Source: Lepidodermella squamata | Taxonomy: Eukaryota > Animalia > Gastrotricha | Length of the DNA stretch: 64,000 nt | Reading direction: 5' to 3' | NCBI GenBank assembly: GCA_047495785.1 | Contig: JBLDXI010000002.1 | Span: 310,001 to 374,000, forward strand | Shown here: piece by piece, positions 14,127 to 24,757 of the stretch | Layout of the letters: every line of letters starts with the position of its first letter | Position numbering within the stretch: the first letter of the stretch is position 1 | The notes under the pieces: model-generated | What the model saw: the letters and a program-made list of their open reading frames with translations, nothing else | Database searches by the model: none | What the model was told of the DNA's origin: nothing | Made by a program: the position numbers and the translations under genes

Positions 14127-15897
14127 TTATAAGCGTCCGGCAAGCTCTTTGATAACATTCCAAGCAAACTCAATATCCGCCTCGTTCGTAGAAGAAGCGC
14201 AAATCGCCAATCGTAGCATGTACACGTTTCTGTTAAAACAGTTTTCTCACCACACGGCATCAGACAATTTCTCTTACTTGACTTTGGTCGGTATCAAATG
14301 AATCCGCCCGTCGTCGATAATTGCCTTGTACAAGGCTTCATTAACTGCATTCCCGTCGTCTCCATTCCGTCCTTTCAGGCGGAAACAGACCAGTCCCATA
14401 ATGACCTTCGCTGCGATTTCGAACCTCTCATCAGATTTTACCAAGTTCTCAAAGAGTTTGGCTAGTCGAATGTGCTTTCTGATGTATTCCTTCAAGCATA
14501 TGGACATTTGTTAGGAGTTTGGTACTCATGTGTTGCTAATTTACCTGAATTCCTCGAACGCCATACAGCCTTAGGACGAAGAACAGTTTCAAGGCTCGAA
14601 AGCGTCTTCCTAACGGGATCTGCCAGTGACGATAATCTGGCATGGCCTGGAGATCTTGATATTTGTGTCTCATGAGGATCGAATCCACGCTGAAAGCATC
14701 CACCTAGGAGCAAAGTATTGGCATAACTCATAAAAGAGAACAAATATCGAAAACTCACGACGTCAGAAGCATCCCGAAACCAAGTTGCAGAGCAATCGAA
14801 GTTAACTAGCATCCATTTGTGAGGGTTGAAGCTGAATGAATCAGCATGTTCAATGCCATTCAATAGATACCGGTATTCGGGGCAACAAAATGCACTGCCA
14901 GCGTATGCTGCGTCAATATGAAGCCAAATCGGTGTATTACCGCTGTTTTTGTTGAAGGCTTCAATAACCTGAGCAATTTCAACCAAATTGTCGAAAGCGC
15001 AGGTGCTGGTCGAACCCAAAGTCGCCGAGACAAAGAAGGGAATTTTGCCCTCTTCGACAGCTTTATCGAGAGCTCTTTTCAGCGCATCGCCTCTCATAGC
15101 ATGTTCTTGATCCGATTCGATCTTGACGAAATGCTGAATTGCGCCCATAAGGCCAGCTCGTTCAGCGCAGAAGTGAGCCTGGTCCGAGGTGAAAGCAACT
15201 AATCGGTCCATAACTTTTCCCGGTGTCGATTTAGGGTCCCTTTCCAACATTTTTGCGATAGTCCTACTACGAGCTGCTAGTAGGCTTGTGAATATGGATT
15301 CGCTAGCTGTTCCATGGATGATTCCACCACCTCGGCCGCGGGAGCTGAACAGGAAATGTTCGGGTAGCTGCAGCATTTTAGCAAGCCAGTCCATCATAAC
15401 CGTCTCAAGCTGAAATTGAAAATGGAGATGGGCTTAAGCTCAACGGTAGAAAGATAACCTCAGTGCAGCTCGGGGAAGAAGCCCATGTGAAACCAATGCA
15501 GCCGATAGCATCGGATAAAATATCCGCAATAATTCCCGGGTAAGAATTAGCCGTTGGATAGTAAGCGAAAAATCTGGAAACATTTTAATGGAACTTGAAA
15601 TGCTCAGCTATGAAAAAACTTACTTTGGCGAGTGCCAGTGTGTAACTCCTGGTAAAATGACTGTATTTACATCATTCATTACAGCTTCATAGGTTTCAGG
15701 TTCTTCAGGAGCCTCAGCTGGGAGAAGTGGAGCCAGAAATCCAGGCTTGAGATTAGATGGGAAGACCGGCCTGGGAAGAAAATACAATGAGAAATTGAGG
15801 AGATGAATGTTACTTACCTGTCTCGAATGTCTTCCAAGTAATCTGCCGCAAAGTCGATCATCTCCTTACCTCGTTGACGAAATTCGTTCGCATTCAT
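14127..15897 (-). CDS. Ddc-like: Group II PLP-dependent aromatic L-amino acid decarboxylase family protein (DDC-like), catalytic-loop Tyr replaced by Leu
   Basis: Spliced through short GT-AG introns: [21 protein letters not shown]...[21 protein letters not shown]...[29 protein letters not shown]...[19 protein letters not shown]...SFNPHKW (PLP Lys)...[17 protein letters not shown]...GLVCFRLKG...[12 protein letters not shown]. Stop at 14129-14127. QIPLGRR (Gly) is DDC-type rather than HDC/TDC-type (Ser). Confidence 0.95.
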
Positions 15898-17390
15898 TTT
15901 TGTGAAGGTTTTGACAGCAGGGGGTTGAAAATCAAAGTCACCTATCAGAAGAAAATTGAATCATACATTACCAGGAATAATTGAAAATGAAAATCGCTTG
16001 AAATAGGCCAAGCTTTTGCGCCTTAAGGCTGAATTATTTGTTATTAGTCTGAAGAAGACATATTTTGTGAAGCGTGCAGTTCTAACATACACATACGGTT
16101 GGCGCCTTGGTTAGCTCGTCCGTTTGTATTTTTTTCAGACTTCGAACTTTTGTTTACAAATTTTCTAATTAGGTGTCTAATAAAAAGCGGTAATCTGTAT
16201 GATGTTGCTTCACGTTCATAATAAAACCAATTATAATTGAACCAAACGTGAACTAAAATCTGATAATTCCTCCGACGCAAAAAACCTCATTACGCATTAA
16301 TTTCTGAGATGGCTCATTCTTACGAAAAAAAACTTTGCACGTCTTTTCATCGACCATCATCACTACGAGACATTCCACTCACAAACCATCGTAATTTCGA
16401 GTGATAATGGCCTCAAATATGACTTAGAGCATGAAGCTTTGATTCCAATCGAGAAAGATTCGTGAGATTTGAAAAAACTTCATAATCACGAGTCGAAGTT
16501 TACTAGAGGGAGCGTTTTCGAAATTCAAAACGAGTGATCTAACATGTATTAGAGATTAGAGGGAATTGTCGCTCGAAATTAAGATGCTGTGGGTGGATTG
16601 TCTCGTAAATGAATCGCCGACTCGTTTCAACGTCTCCACAGCGCCGACTGGCTACTTCCGGCTCGCACCTATTTGGGCCTAGTTGCGCAATATACCCAAG
16701 GCTGTACTGTTTTTCATTTTTCATATAGCTAATTGAATTTTCCACGTGAATAAGAAAGCAAAATGTAAAATAGTTGACGCGTGTTAGCTTGAACCAAACT
16801 CGAATACGACCTTTCCACCACGCTGAAAAGCCTCGGTCTCATTCTTACGCTCCAGATAACGTGAAGATCAATTCATAAAATTGAAATGTCGTAGTAAAAT
16901 GGGGACGGAGGCCTCTGACATAGGAAGCTTTTCATGTCCATTTCCCAGAATCAGAACGGAGTAAAACTCTGCATGCGACGAGAATTGAGCAGGATACGCA
17001 GTGCAATGATTAGCAACATATAAAAACACATTTTATGATATGTACATAGATGCCAATGTTGGGATGAGCAAGCAAAAAAACGAGTGGGGTTGATTTAGAA
17101 TCGGCAACAGCAGCTGAACATACCGCAGTCTCTGAAAAAGCAGCGACTTAAAGACGTCAAATCAAAAATTGCTAGATATTTGCTGTCTGAGAAGGAAATA
17201 GGACTAAAGTGTACCTACGTGCTAGGGACGTTAACAAAATGAGTGCGGTAATAATACTAACACATTTTCACCAAATAAACTATCTATCTCGCGATTGATT
17301 TGAGATGTGAGTAACCGAAAAATCAATCTTAATGATTTCTGAATAGTTGTTCGGTAGAAGCGCCATGTTTTAAGCCAGAGCCCTGAGGCT

Positions 17391-18248
17391 ATGGAGCGCC
17401 GTAGCTTTGTACTTATCTTGTCTTTCGCTTTGCTCACTGCTCAGATCTTCGCAGAGTTCGTCGGGTTCGGCAGCCGCAAGATTCCGACTATCGAATTTCG
17501 GAGGAGACACTACCGACAAACGGATTATTACAACCCTATTTACGAAACTCTTACAGACGACGCGTCGAGCTATGCCTTTCAAATCCCCTCTAGCCGGATT
17601 CTCCTCCCATCTCTCAGCTGATGAACGCAGCTACGTCGTAGGATTCGGTCGAAGGGAGGAACCATTACTGCCGGACGGACCTCCGCCACCACCCCCAGCC
17701 CTCTTACCGTAGAGGAGAGACGGATGATTGAATGGAAAGCCCCGAAAGAACCGGCATATTTCAAACCTGATCCGTTGGGGCATCTTGGCACGCCCGAGCA
17801 CCTGCAGCAGATCAGGAGGCAAGAAACGATTCGAGCAGTCGTTTGGAGCGTGGTGATCGTCATAGCGCTAGCTATCACTATCGGTATATTAATATACCAA
17901 AAGAACAAGGCTGATGAGCCTGTCCTACCAAAACACGACAACAACCATCGTTTAGCTCTACTACAGAGCAGCTCTAATAGAGTCTCCGGGGCAGAGGGCA
18001 GATCTGCCAACGGAGGCGATGATCCTCTAATCTTAAAGCTCGAAGCTGTGCTCAAGTTCGATGAAGAGTCGCGAGAGGTTATCGGTCGTAATTTAGAGCT
18101 CTTTCAAGCAAAATTCTTTCTACCCGCTCCAACCGAATCTATGGCGAATTCTGATTTGTTCGTCGTTTTCGTCAAACGAAATGAGGATGAAATGCATTAT
18201 GCACTTGATGGCACGATCGGATCTCTACTAACTGAATATAAGCTATAA
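17391..18248 (+). pseudogene. Orphan type I membrane protein (family member 3), interrupted by in-frame TGA TGA or two compensating 1-nt frameshifts
   Basis: The signal-peptide ORF 17391..17621 (MERRSFVLILSFALLTAQIFA) and the TM/cytoplasmic ORF 17724..18248 are in the same frame, separated only by TGATGA at 17619-17624. Clearly paralogous to 18405..19391. Confidence 0.6.
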
Positions 18249-18404
18249 CGGTAGGATCGAAAAGGTTCTCAATTCAAATGATAAGATCGCCGTTTGCTTC
18301 AGTTTCGAAATTTTATATTACGGAAATAGTTCATGTTGCAATAAAAAAGCCACCTTAACCTGAATTTATCGAATTTATGGATTCTTTCCTGGTCCGTAGA
18401 GATA

Positions 18405-19391
18405 ATGCCGCGCTTCTCAGCGATTTTCATATCGTTTGCACTTTTGAACAGTCAAATTTTCGCCCAAGTTCTAACATTCGATGACTTGGCATTGGCAAAC
18501 GGCCAATTTAAGAATTTGTTTGAAGTCCGACGCCATGTTCCGCGAGCCAATTCATTCGCCGGTTTCAGGCAACCTGGCATAGAAGCTCCTAAAAGGTCCA
18601 GTAGTGTTGGCGCTGGGGCGAGAACTTCGATCTATCGCGGATTTGCTCTCGACAATGATGCAGCGTCAAGTTTGACTTCTGATGACATGGATCTCGGTGA
18701 GACTGCTTTGACGTACAGCGGTTATCCAAGAGGAAGTATACGAGAACCCGATGTTCTTGACAGCTGGAGTATTACACCGGAACAAGCCGCCAAAATGCAA
18801 AGGGAGAGTGACAAGCTATCAGAGGCTGGATCAGATGATGTTTTCCTACCAGATTCTAAGGATGAAATCGCGAAAGCTTCAAGTTCAAGCTCAAGTGGCG
18901 GAAAGCAGATTGCTCGCCCGATGCAAATCGACTCTGGCGACTTAAGTCTCAAGCCTAAAATCGAAATCGATGAACCCTCAAAATCGGCACCCGGAGCCTC
19001 GCAATTGAACAAGTGGATTCCACGGCTCTTAGTCGGAGGATTGATTCTGGTCGGCATTACTCTCATTGGGATCGCTATTGGCTACCTTACAAGAGACACT
19101 CGAAATGAACCAGCCCGGCCACTGGACGATTACAAACAAAGAATGGCTCTTTTGACAGCAAAATCTGACCTTCACGGCCGCACATTCGGCGAGAAGAGGG
19201 ATTCATCGGTGATGAATCATCTTGCATCAGTACTCAACTTCGATCAAGAGACTCGACTGTTGTTAGGGCGTAATTTGGCTGATTTCCAAAGTTCAATGGA
19301 ACATCTACCATCGCCTTCCGGGGATGCGGTGAGCTCGGATACCATCATACGCTTTTCTTCGAAGGTTCAAACGAAAGATTACATCATATGA
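18405..19391 (+). CDS. Orphan type I membrane protein (family member 4), intact and intronless
   Basis: Signal peptide MPRFSAIFISFALLNSQIFA, YRGFALDNDA motif, Ser-rich stalk, TM LLVGGLILVGITLIGIAIGYL, and cytoplasmic VL.FD.E.R...GRNL..FQ module shared with 17724..18248. Confidence 0.8.
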   Translation: MPRFSAIFISFALLNSQIFAQVLTFDDLALANGQFKNLFEVRRHVPRANSFAGFRQPGIEAPKRSSSVGAGARTSIYRGFALDNDAASSLTSDDMDLGETALTYSGYPRGSIREPDVLDSWSITPEQAAKMQRESDKLSEAGSDDVFLPDSKDEIAKASSSSSSGGKQIARPMQIDSGDLSLKPKIEIDEPSKSAPGASQLNKWIPRLLVGGLILVGITLIGIAIGYLTRDTRNEPARPLDDYKQRMALLTAKSDLHGRTFGEKRDSSVMNHLASVLNFDQETRLLLGRNLADFQSSMEHLPSPSGDAVSSDTIIRFSSKVQTKDYII

Positions 19392-20041
19392 TTTTATTAT
19401 AGAAAATAAATGGAAAAGATAATATGTAAACAGATTCCTTTCCCGCTGGAGTCCTGAACTTAATTGCCGAAGTTCGAAATCGACAAACAATCCCCTTACA
19501 TACTGATGGGACGAAATAAATGCCCCTTTTCATTTGTCGATAGGTTTCCTTTAGCCGTACTCTTTATAGCGCTGTTGACAGGTGTAAAATGGTATTTGAT
19601 CAAGAACGAACAAAAATCGTGCTTATTTGTTTTTGTCCACCTATTCAACCAATTTTGATTGAACATTGCTATAGACGATACAACAGGTTATCTATCTTTT
19701 CGCAAATCAGGATTTTCACGCAGGTGGAAATGCAACAGCAGTATAGTCAAAGGAGCCATGATGTCTGAAAAATTTGATCTTGAAAACAGACAACAGACAA
19801 CGCGTTGGTTTTGACACATTTTTCTCGAATCTTTTGTGTTTTAACGAGATTGAGAAAGAAGTTATAATCTTGACCCTGGACACATGACAAAACGCATAGC
19901 CATTCATTTAAATAGCGAAAAAACAACGCGTATTTGTCGAGTAAATAGACGCCTGTTTTTATAAATAGGTGAAGCATTTTCCCTGTTCTCTGCTACAGCT
20001 TTATGCAGCGATAATTCAGATCTTTTTAGAATTGTAAAACA

Positions 20042-21937
20042 ATGCTACAAACAATTCTATTAGCAGCTGGCCTCATCCCAACCGGCTTGATTCTGCTGCA
20101 GTGGCTTCACCTACTGATTCGAAGGCCTAAGGACATCCCGCCCGGCCCATTCCCTCTACCTTTGGTTGGATCTTTCTACTATTTCTGGCCGTATCGCAAG
20201 GACTATGCCCAAGCATTCGTGCAACTACAGAAAACTTACGGCGAAGCTGTCACTATCTATTCTGGCTGCTCCTTGGATGGCATGCTGACGTTCGTCATGG
20301 GCTGGGATGCAATGATGGAGGTTTCAACTGGGCGTCAAATCGCTGAAATCGCCGCGAATAGGTCCCCGAATTTGGTTAAAAACAGAGGCGTCACTTCAGG
20401 CATTGCAACGGCTGATTACGAAGATCATCGATTAATGAAGCGATTTCTGCTAAAATCATTTAAAGACCTTGGCCTTTCCAGCGGCAGAGTTAGCAGCCAT
20501 ATCGAGGACGAAATAACGAGCATGCTAGGGATTATCGAGGAAACCAAGGGGACGCCGTTCGACCCGGAGTTGACACTGATGGAGACTATGTCGAGTTGCA
20601 TTCTGCTGACAGTTTACAGCCATCGATTCGATTTGAACGATCCTGTATGCGCGAAGCTATACAGAGATGCTCTAGGGTTTTTCGACAGCACCATCGTCCA
20701 GCTGATGTTCCTGCCTTACCTCGACAAAATTGGCAAATTCGTTCCAGACAAAATGGCTGAGTAAGTCTTTCATTCTCCTGTTATGAAAGGAACGACGTGT
20801 AACTCATTCCAGAGCTGAACGTCTTATGGAGAGGACAATGGAAAAGTGGCTGAAAGATGAAATCGAACAGAGGCGGGCAACTTTCAATCCTGAGAATCCA
20901 AGAGATGTTTTGGATGTATATCTAGCCGAGCAGTCGGACGACATCAAGTTCCAACTTGAGCCTTGGTTCAAAAGGACAATGGTGGATGTGTTTCTTGGAG
21001 GCAAGTTATACAACCAGCGAAACCTATTACTGAAAGCAATTTTTTAGCAATGGACACAACTGCAAGGCTTACGGCATGGACCCTGTTCTACCTTGCGCAT
21101 CTCCCAGAGGAGCAGGATCGATTATTCCGCGACATTGAGTCCGTCGTAACAGCATCAGGATTGCCGTCACCGGTCGACAGAGCGAAATTGCCCCGCGTTC
21201 AAGCTCTGATCGAAGAAGCATCTCGCTACTCTTGCATGACTGTGTCGAGTTTCGCTCGCCGTTGTTCCGAGCCTATCGAATTCGGCACAAAGAAACGATT
21301 CAGGCTTGAAAAGGATGCTCAAGTCACCCTGGTTTGGTACCCGTCGCATTTTGATAAGGAATTCTGGGGAGATCCGGCGAATTTCCGCATCGATCGTTGG
21401 CTCGATGCTGAGGAGAAGGAATTTGTGCCCCGAGGTCATACAATGCTGTTCGGCTCAGGCAGGCGGGCGTGTCCGGGCGAGCAGATTGCGAGAAATTTGT
21501 TGTTCACGGGTATTACTTCGATTATTCAACGATTTAAATGGCGCTTGGCTGAGCATGTTCCTATCGACGGTTTTAATTACCATTGTGTTTGAGGTTGTAA
21601 GTTGAAAAAAATCCGCACGCTGATTGGTCAGTTGGCTCGTATCCATGACTCCGCCTTGCTACTTGATCGTGCGATCTATATAATTTGTGACTTTTATTAT
21701 TTTTATGAAGGCCGTATCGTAGCACGCGTTTCCAACAAATGCGTAAAACCATTCATAAAAAGATATTTTTTGCAAACATTTTATGGATCGCACGATCAAG
21801 TAGCAAGGCGGAGTCATGGATACGAGCCAACTGACCAATCAGCGTGCAGATTTTTTTCAACTTACAACCTCAAACACAATGACGTTCTAACACGCACACC
21901 GCCGAAGCATAAGCTCGTTTTCACTTGTCGGCAATAA
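20042..21937 (+). pseudogene. Cytochrome P450 (CYP2-clan-like), copy 1; last exon interrupted by a MITE, giving a premature stop at 21590-21592
   Basis: N-terminal anchor + PPGPFPLPLVG; introns 20761-20812 (GT-AG) and 21001-21047 (GC-AG); I-helix VFLGAMDTT, EEASR (ExxR), FRIDRW, heme motif FGSGRRACPG. The native C-terminus (VLTRTPPKHKLVFTCRQ*) resumes after the insertion. Confidence 0.85.
21581..21881. mobile_element. 301-bp MITE with ~95-bp TIRs (5'-CATTG...CAATG-3') and a 2-bp AC target-site duplication; CMC/EnSpm-like by termini and TSD length
   Basis: Near-perfect inverted repeats at ~21581-21676 and ~21786-21881; AC at 21579-80 and 21882-83. Removing the element and one AC restores the P450 frame seen in copy 2. 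Confidence 0.92.
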
Positions 21938-22052
21938 AACGTAGGATACGTAATAAAAATCATGAAATTGATCAGATTTTTTATAACAAAGATAATCCTC
22001 CTTAAAATGTGTTATAAACTTCTAGTAACGGCCAAAAACCAACTAGAATATA

Positions 22053-22244
22053 ATGATGGTATTCGTCCTTCCCCTCCTCGCATGTTTAGTTTCGATTGCG
22101 CTGTTTATGATACCATTCGATTCTGGATTCGAACCTCTAATACAAACCAGTGTTTTGAAGTTGGCTGACACTGGTCCTCGTGCGAAAATATCTGCACTGA
22201 AAGGGCCATTCGGCGAGTTGGAAACTTCTGCCGAGGTTGACTCA
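22053..22244 (+). pseudogene. Truncated 5' fragment of the LamG-family gene that follows P450 copy 2
   Basis: LFMIPFD..SGFEPLI.TSV.KLA..GPRAKISALKGPFGELETSAEVDS is nearly identical to 26470-26703, then homology ends abruptly. Confidence 0.85.
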
Positions 22245-22396
22245 TTCATGCAGACAAGGCTCAGCAAGGCTCAAGGGTCAGGCAATTACGGCTCAGGCTC
22301 ATGCTCCGGGCTCTGCAATGCAATCAGTTAGTTAGACGGTATGCTTACGTTTCGGGCAGACACGGGAGAGGCTCAGGGCGAGGATCGCAAGGGTAC

Positions 22397-23041
22397 CTAA
22401 GGAAAAACATGAAACCACAGGCTCATATTAGATTTTAGGGAAAATCTCGGAGATGAGGCCAAAAGGCTTAGCAGGGCACTAATGCAGTCTCGTAGGTGCC
22501 ATGCTGGACAATGCTTCTCCAGCATTCGAAGCCCGAAGGAGTTGGGCTGGAAGCTCGCAACGTAGGATATGCAATCCTTCATTCCGTTATTTGCGCTGAG
22601 GCACCTGACGGCGTACCGCATCAGTTGACGCTCAAATATGTTGCTGATCGCTTCCACGCCAGTTTCGACGACCACACCAAAAGGGTCGCACTCGATTGGC
22701 AGATCCAGGGCAGCTTTCAAGCCGTAGGCCTGGAAGCCGAGCAGGCGTAGCTCGGACGACTTGGGAAGACAATAGACAATACCAGGCTGGTGAACTGTAG
22801 GTGAGGACACTTTCGATGAGGACTTTGGGGTTGAGGTCAAGTCGCCATCTCGAAATTCACTGATAGAGGCCGTTGGCGGTTCTACGCTTTCCGGTTTTGT
22901 ACAAAGCGGTTCAAATATGATGTCGCCAGTCCATCTGGAGCTATTTCGGTGCGATTTAACAGAATTCGTCCATTCTAGTACTTTTTGGAATCTTTTGGGA
23001 CTTGTGCCTTGGCCTCGAAATACCGGTTTTCGTCTTGACAT
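22397..23041 (-). CDS. Hypothetical 214-aa ORF inside the inserted segment; function unknown (possible transposon cargo)
   Basis: ORF length only; no recognised motif; lies in DNA absent from the duplicated partner block. Confidence 0.25.
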   Translation of the reverse strand: MSRRKPVFRGQGTSPKRFQKVLEWTNSVKSHRNSSRWTGDIIFEPLCTKPESVEPPTASISEFRDGDLTSTPKSSSKVSSPTVHQPGIVYCLPKSSELRLLGFQAYGLKAALDLPIECDPFGVVVETGVEAISNIFERQLMRYAVRCLSANNGMKDCISYVASFQPNSFGLRMLEKHCPAWHLRDCISALLSLLASSPRFSLKSNMSLWFHVFP

Positions 23042-23321
23042 GTTATTGCTATCGATTGGTTGTTGGTTTTTTTACAACAAGGTCGTTATTATTATTTGCT
23101 TATCATCCAGGTGCGCATATTATCGCGTGCGCGTGTGAGATTTACGTACAACCACGGAAGGCTGTTTCATCGTGTGGCTTCCGTCAACCGCAACTCCGAC
23201 CGCAACAACAAGGGCGTTGCGGCGTGTCAGTTATTATCGAGGCGTATCATCGGAGCACTTGTGACACCCTGAGGGATAGCTCATCGCCAATTATGAGCCA
23301 GAAATATGGAGGCTGAGCGAC

Positions 23322-23467
23322 CGTCGCAAGAAACTGAGTGAGTGTAGCAAAAACAGTCTGAGTGAACGTCGCAATATCCAGTGTATTGTAGCATGATCGC
23401 ATGTACAGTTTGCTACATTCACTCAACATTTGCGACGCTCACTCAGCTTTTTGCAGCGCGCTCACCA
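23322..23467. repeat. Imperfect palindrome built from repeated CTGAGTGA...GCAA units (foldback/TIR-like)
   Basis: ctgagtgaacgtcgcaa vs ttgcgacgctcactcag; tgagtgagtgtagcaaa vs tttgctacattcactca. Confidence 0.55.
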
Positions 23468-23724
23468 TTTAAATCTTTATAAACACAGTTGTCGCAGGTA
23501 AATTTATCCGTCTAAATCACGCCACTAAATCAGTCTTAAATCCGGCGGTCAATTATCGCCTTGTCGCTAGCCTATTAGCGGTATTCCTTGACTTCGAGGG
23601 GTGTGTTCGAAGTTCGAATAGCGCACACACCGCTGTGTTCAAGCAGCCAATCACGCATACACAGTGTGTTCAAGTAGCCAAAAGTGTTCTGCTAAGATTT
23701 GCCAAGATTTGATCCCTAGGGCTA

Positions 23725-23970
23725 GCAAAGCTGCGATTCGGGTTGGCAAGGAGACATGCTGTTGACTGGTACCAACTATTTCAGAACGGTGTACAGTACC
23801 TATTTCACTAAACACAATATAATAGGAAATTATAAAGGAGAATTTTAATTGGCAACATGAAAGACGAACGCCAAAGGCTTTCATTCTCAAGTTCAAAGAT
23901 TAACATGCATTCAGCCTGCTTTCTGGTTAATTCTTTCAAAGAAGCTTATAAGCGTCCAGCAAGCTCTTTG
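23725..23970 (-). pseudogene. Relic copy of the DDC-like 3' end and its downstream region
   Basis: 23914-23970 matches 14095-14151 (gaa.cttataagcgtcc.gcaagctctttg = KELAGRL*). 23725-23750 matches 13518-13543 (24/26 nt). Same orientation. Confidence 0.75.
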
Positions 23971-24218
23971 GGCGTAGGCATCCTTCGTCTTTAGCTTCAT
24001 CAACGCATAAATGACGGGGATCGTCGTGGTTCGTTTGCTGATTTGCTGAGGCGTCGCGCTCATCGATTCCGCAGGCCGCGGCTTCAGTAAGACGAGGATG
24101 GTATAAAGTTAGTAGTAAATTTCCGGGGCGGCCTCGAACATTCCATCAGACGACCAGTCCCGCAACTCTTCAATCAACCCGATAAATTCCATCGGGGGTT
24201 CGACACGAGCGATTTCAG

Positions 24219-24240
<22 letters not shown>
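23971..24240 (-). mobile_element. Degenerate Mutator-like (MULE) transposase fragment
   Basis: Translates as ...LRDWSSDGMFEAAPEIYY*LYTILV...TIPVIYALMKLKTKDAY, matching the MULE signature W..DGTF...P..FYQLYTI...P.VYAL...KT...Y. The TAA is probably a mutated CAA (Gln). Confidence 0.75.
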
Positions 24241-24250
<10 letters not shown>

Positions 24251-24757
24251 AGCTCCTCAGATGATGAAGTGGCGTTCGAGGCGATCGAGGCGTCATGTCT
24301 TCTTCCTCTTCTTCACCTTCTAATAGCATGAGGTCATCGGCTATTTGCCTCGTTAGGTCGCAAAAACTCACAGAGGAGCATTTTCCGCAGAATTCATTTG
24401 ATTGAACATTGCTAGCCGATACAGCATGTGATTGTTCCTTTTGCAAGTCAGGATTCAAGCTTGAGTATTTTCGCGCTGATGGAAATGCACCAGCAGTAGC
24501 CACGATGTCTGAAAAATGTGAGGCAAAATGTGCGCGCGATGGTTTTGACCCAGAGAAAATGACACTTTTTTCGAGTCTTTTGTCTTTTCACAAATGTTTT
24601 CATCTTGGCTCTGAAAAAAACGCTATTCATTTATATAGAGAAAGAAAACGCGTACTTGTCAAGAAAATAGAACGCATGTTTAATATAGTTGGAGTGTTTG
24701 TCTTGCTCCATACTGCATACTGCAGCGATAATTCAGATATTTCTAGAATTTTAAACA

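Noticed and set aside
14127-15897. Calling the decarboxylase HDC, TDC or insect-type DHPAA synthase
   Set aside because: QIPLGRR has Gly (HDC/TDC have Ser) and His192 is retained (insect DHPAAS has Asn); only AYYP is shared with those enzymes.
17619-17624. Selenocysteine or alternative genetic code reading of TGA TGA
   Set aside because: No Cys/redox context in paralogues, no SECIS recognised by eye, and TGA is used as a normal stop elsewhere (19391, 53609).
21581-21881. MITE acting as a self-removing intron (introner)
   Set aside because: The strong GTAAGT donor lies after the in-frame TGA and there is no AG at the 3' terminus; I found no splice that restores the frame.
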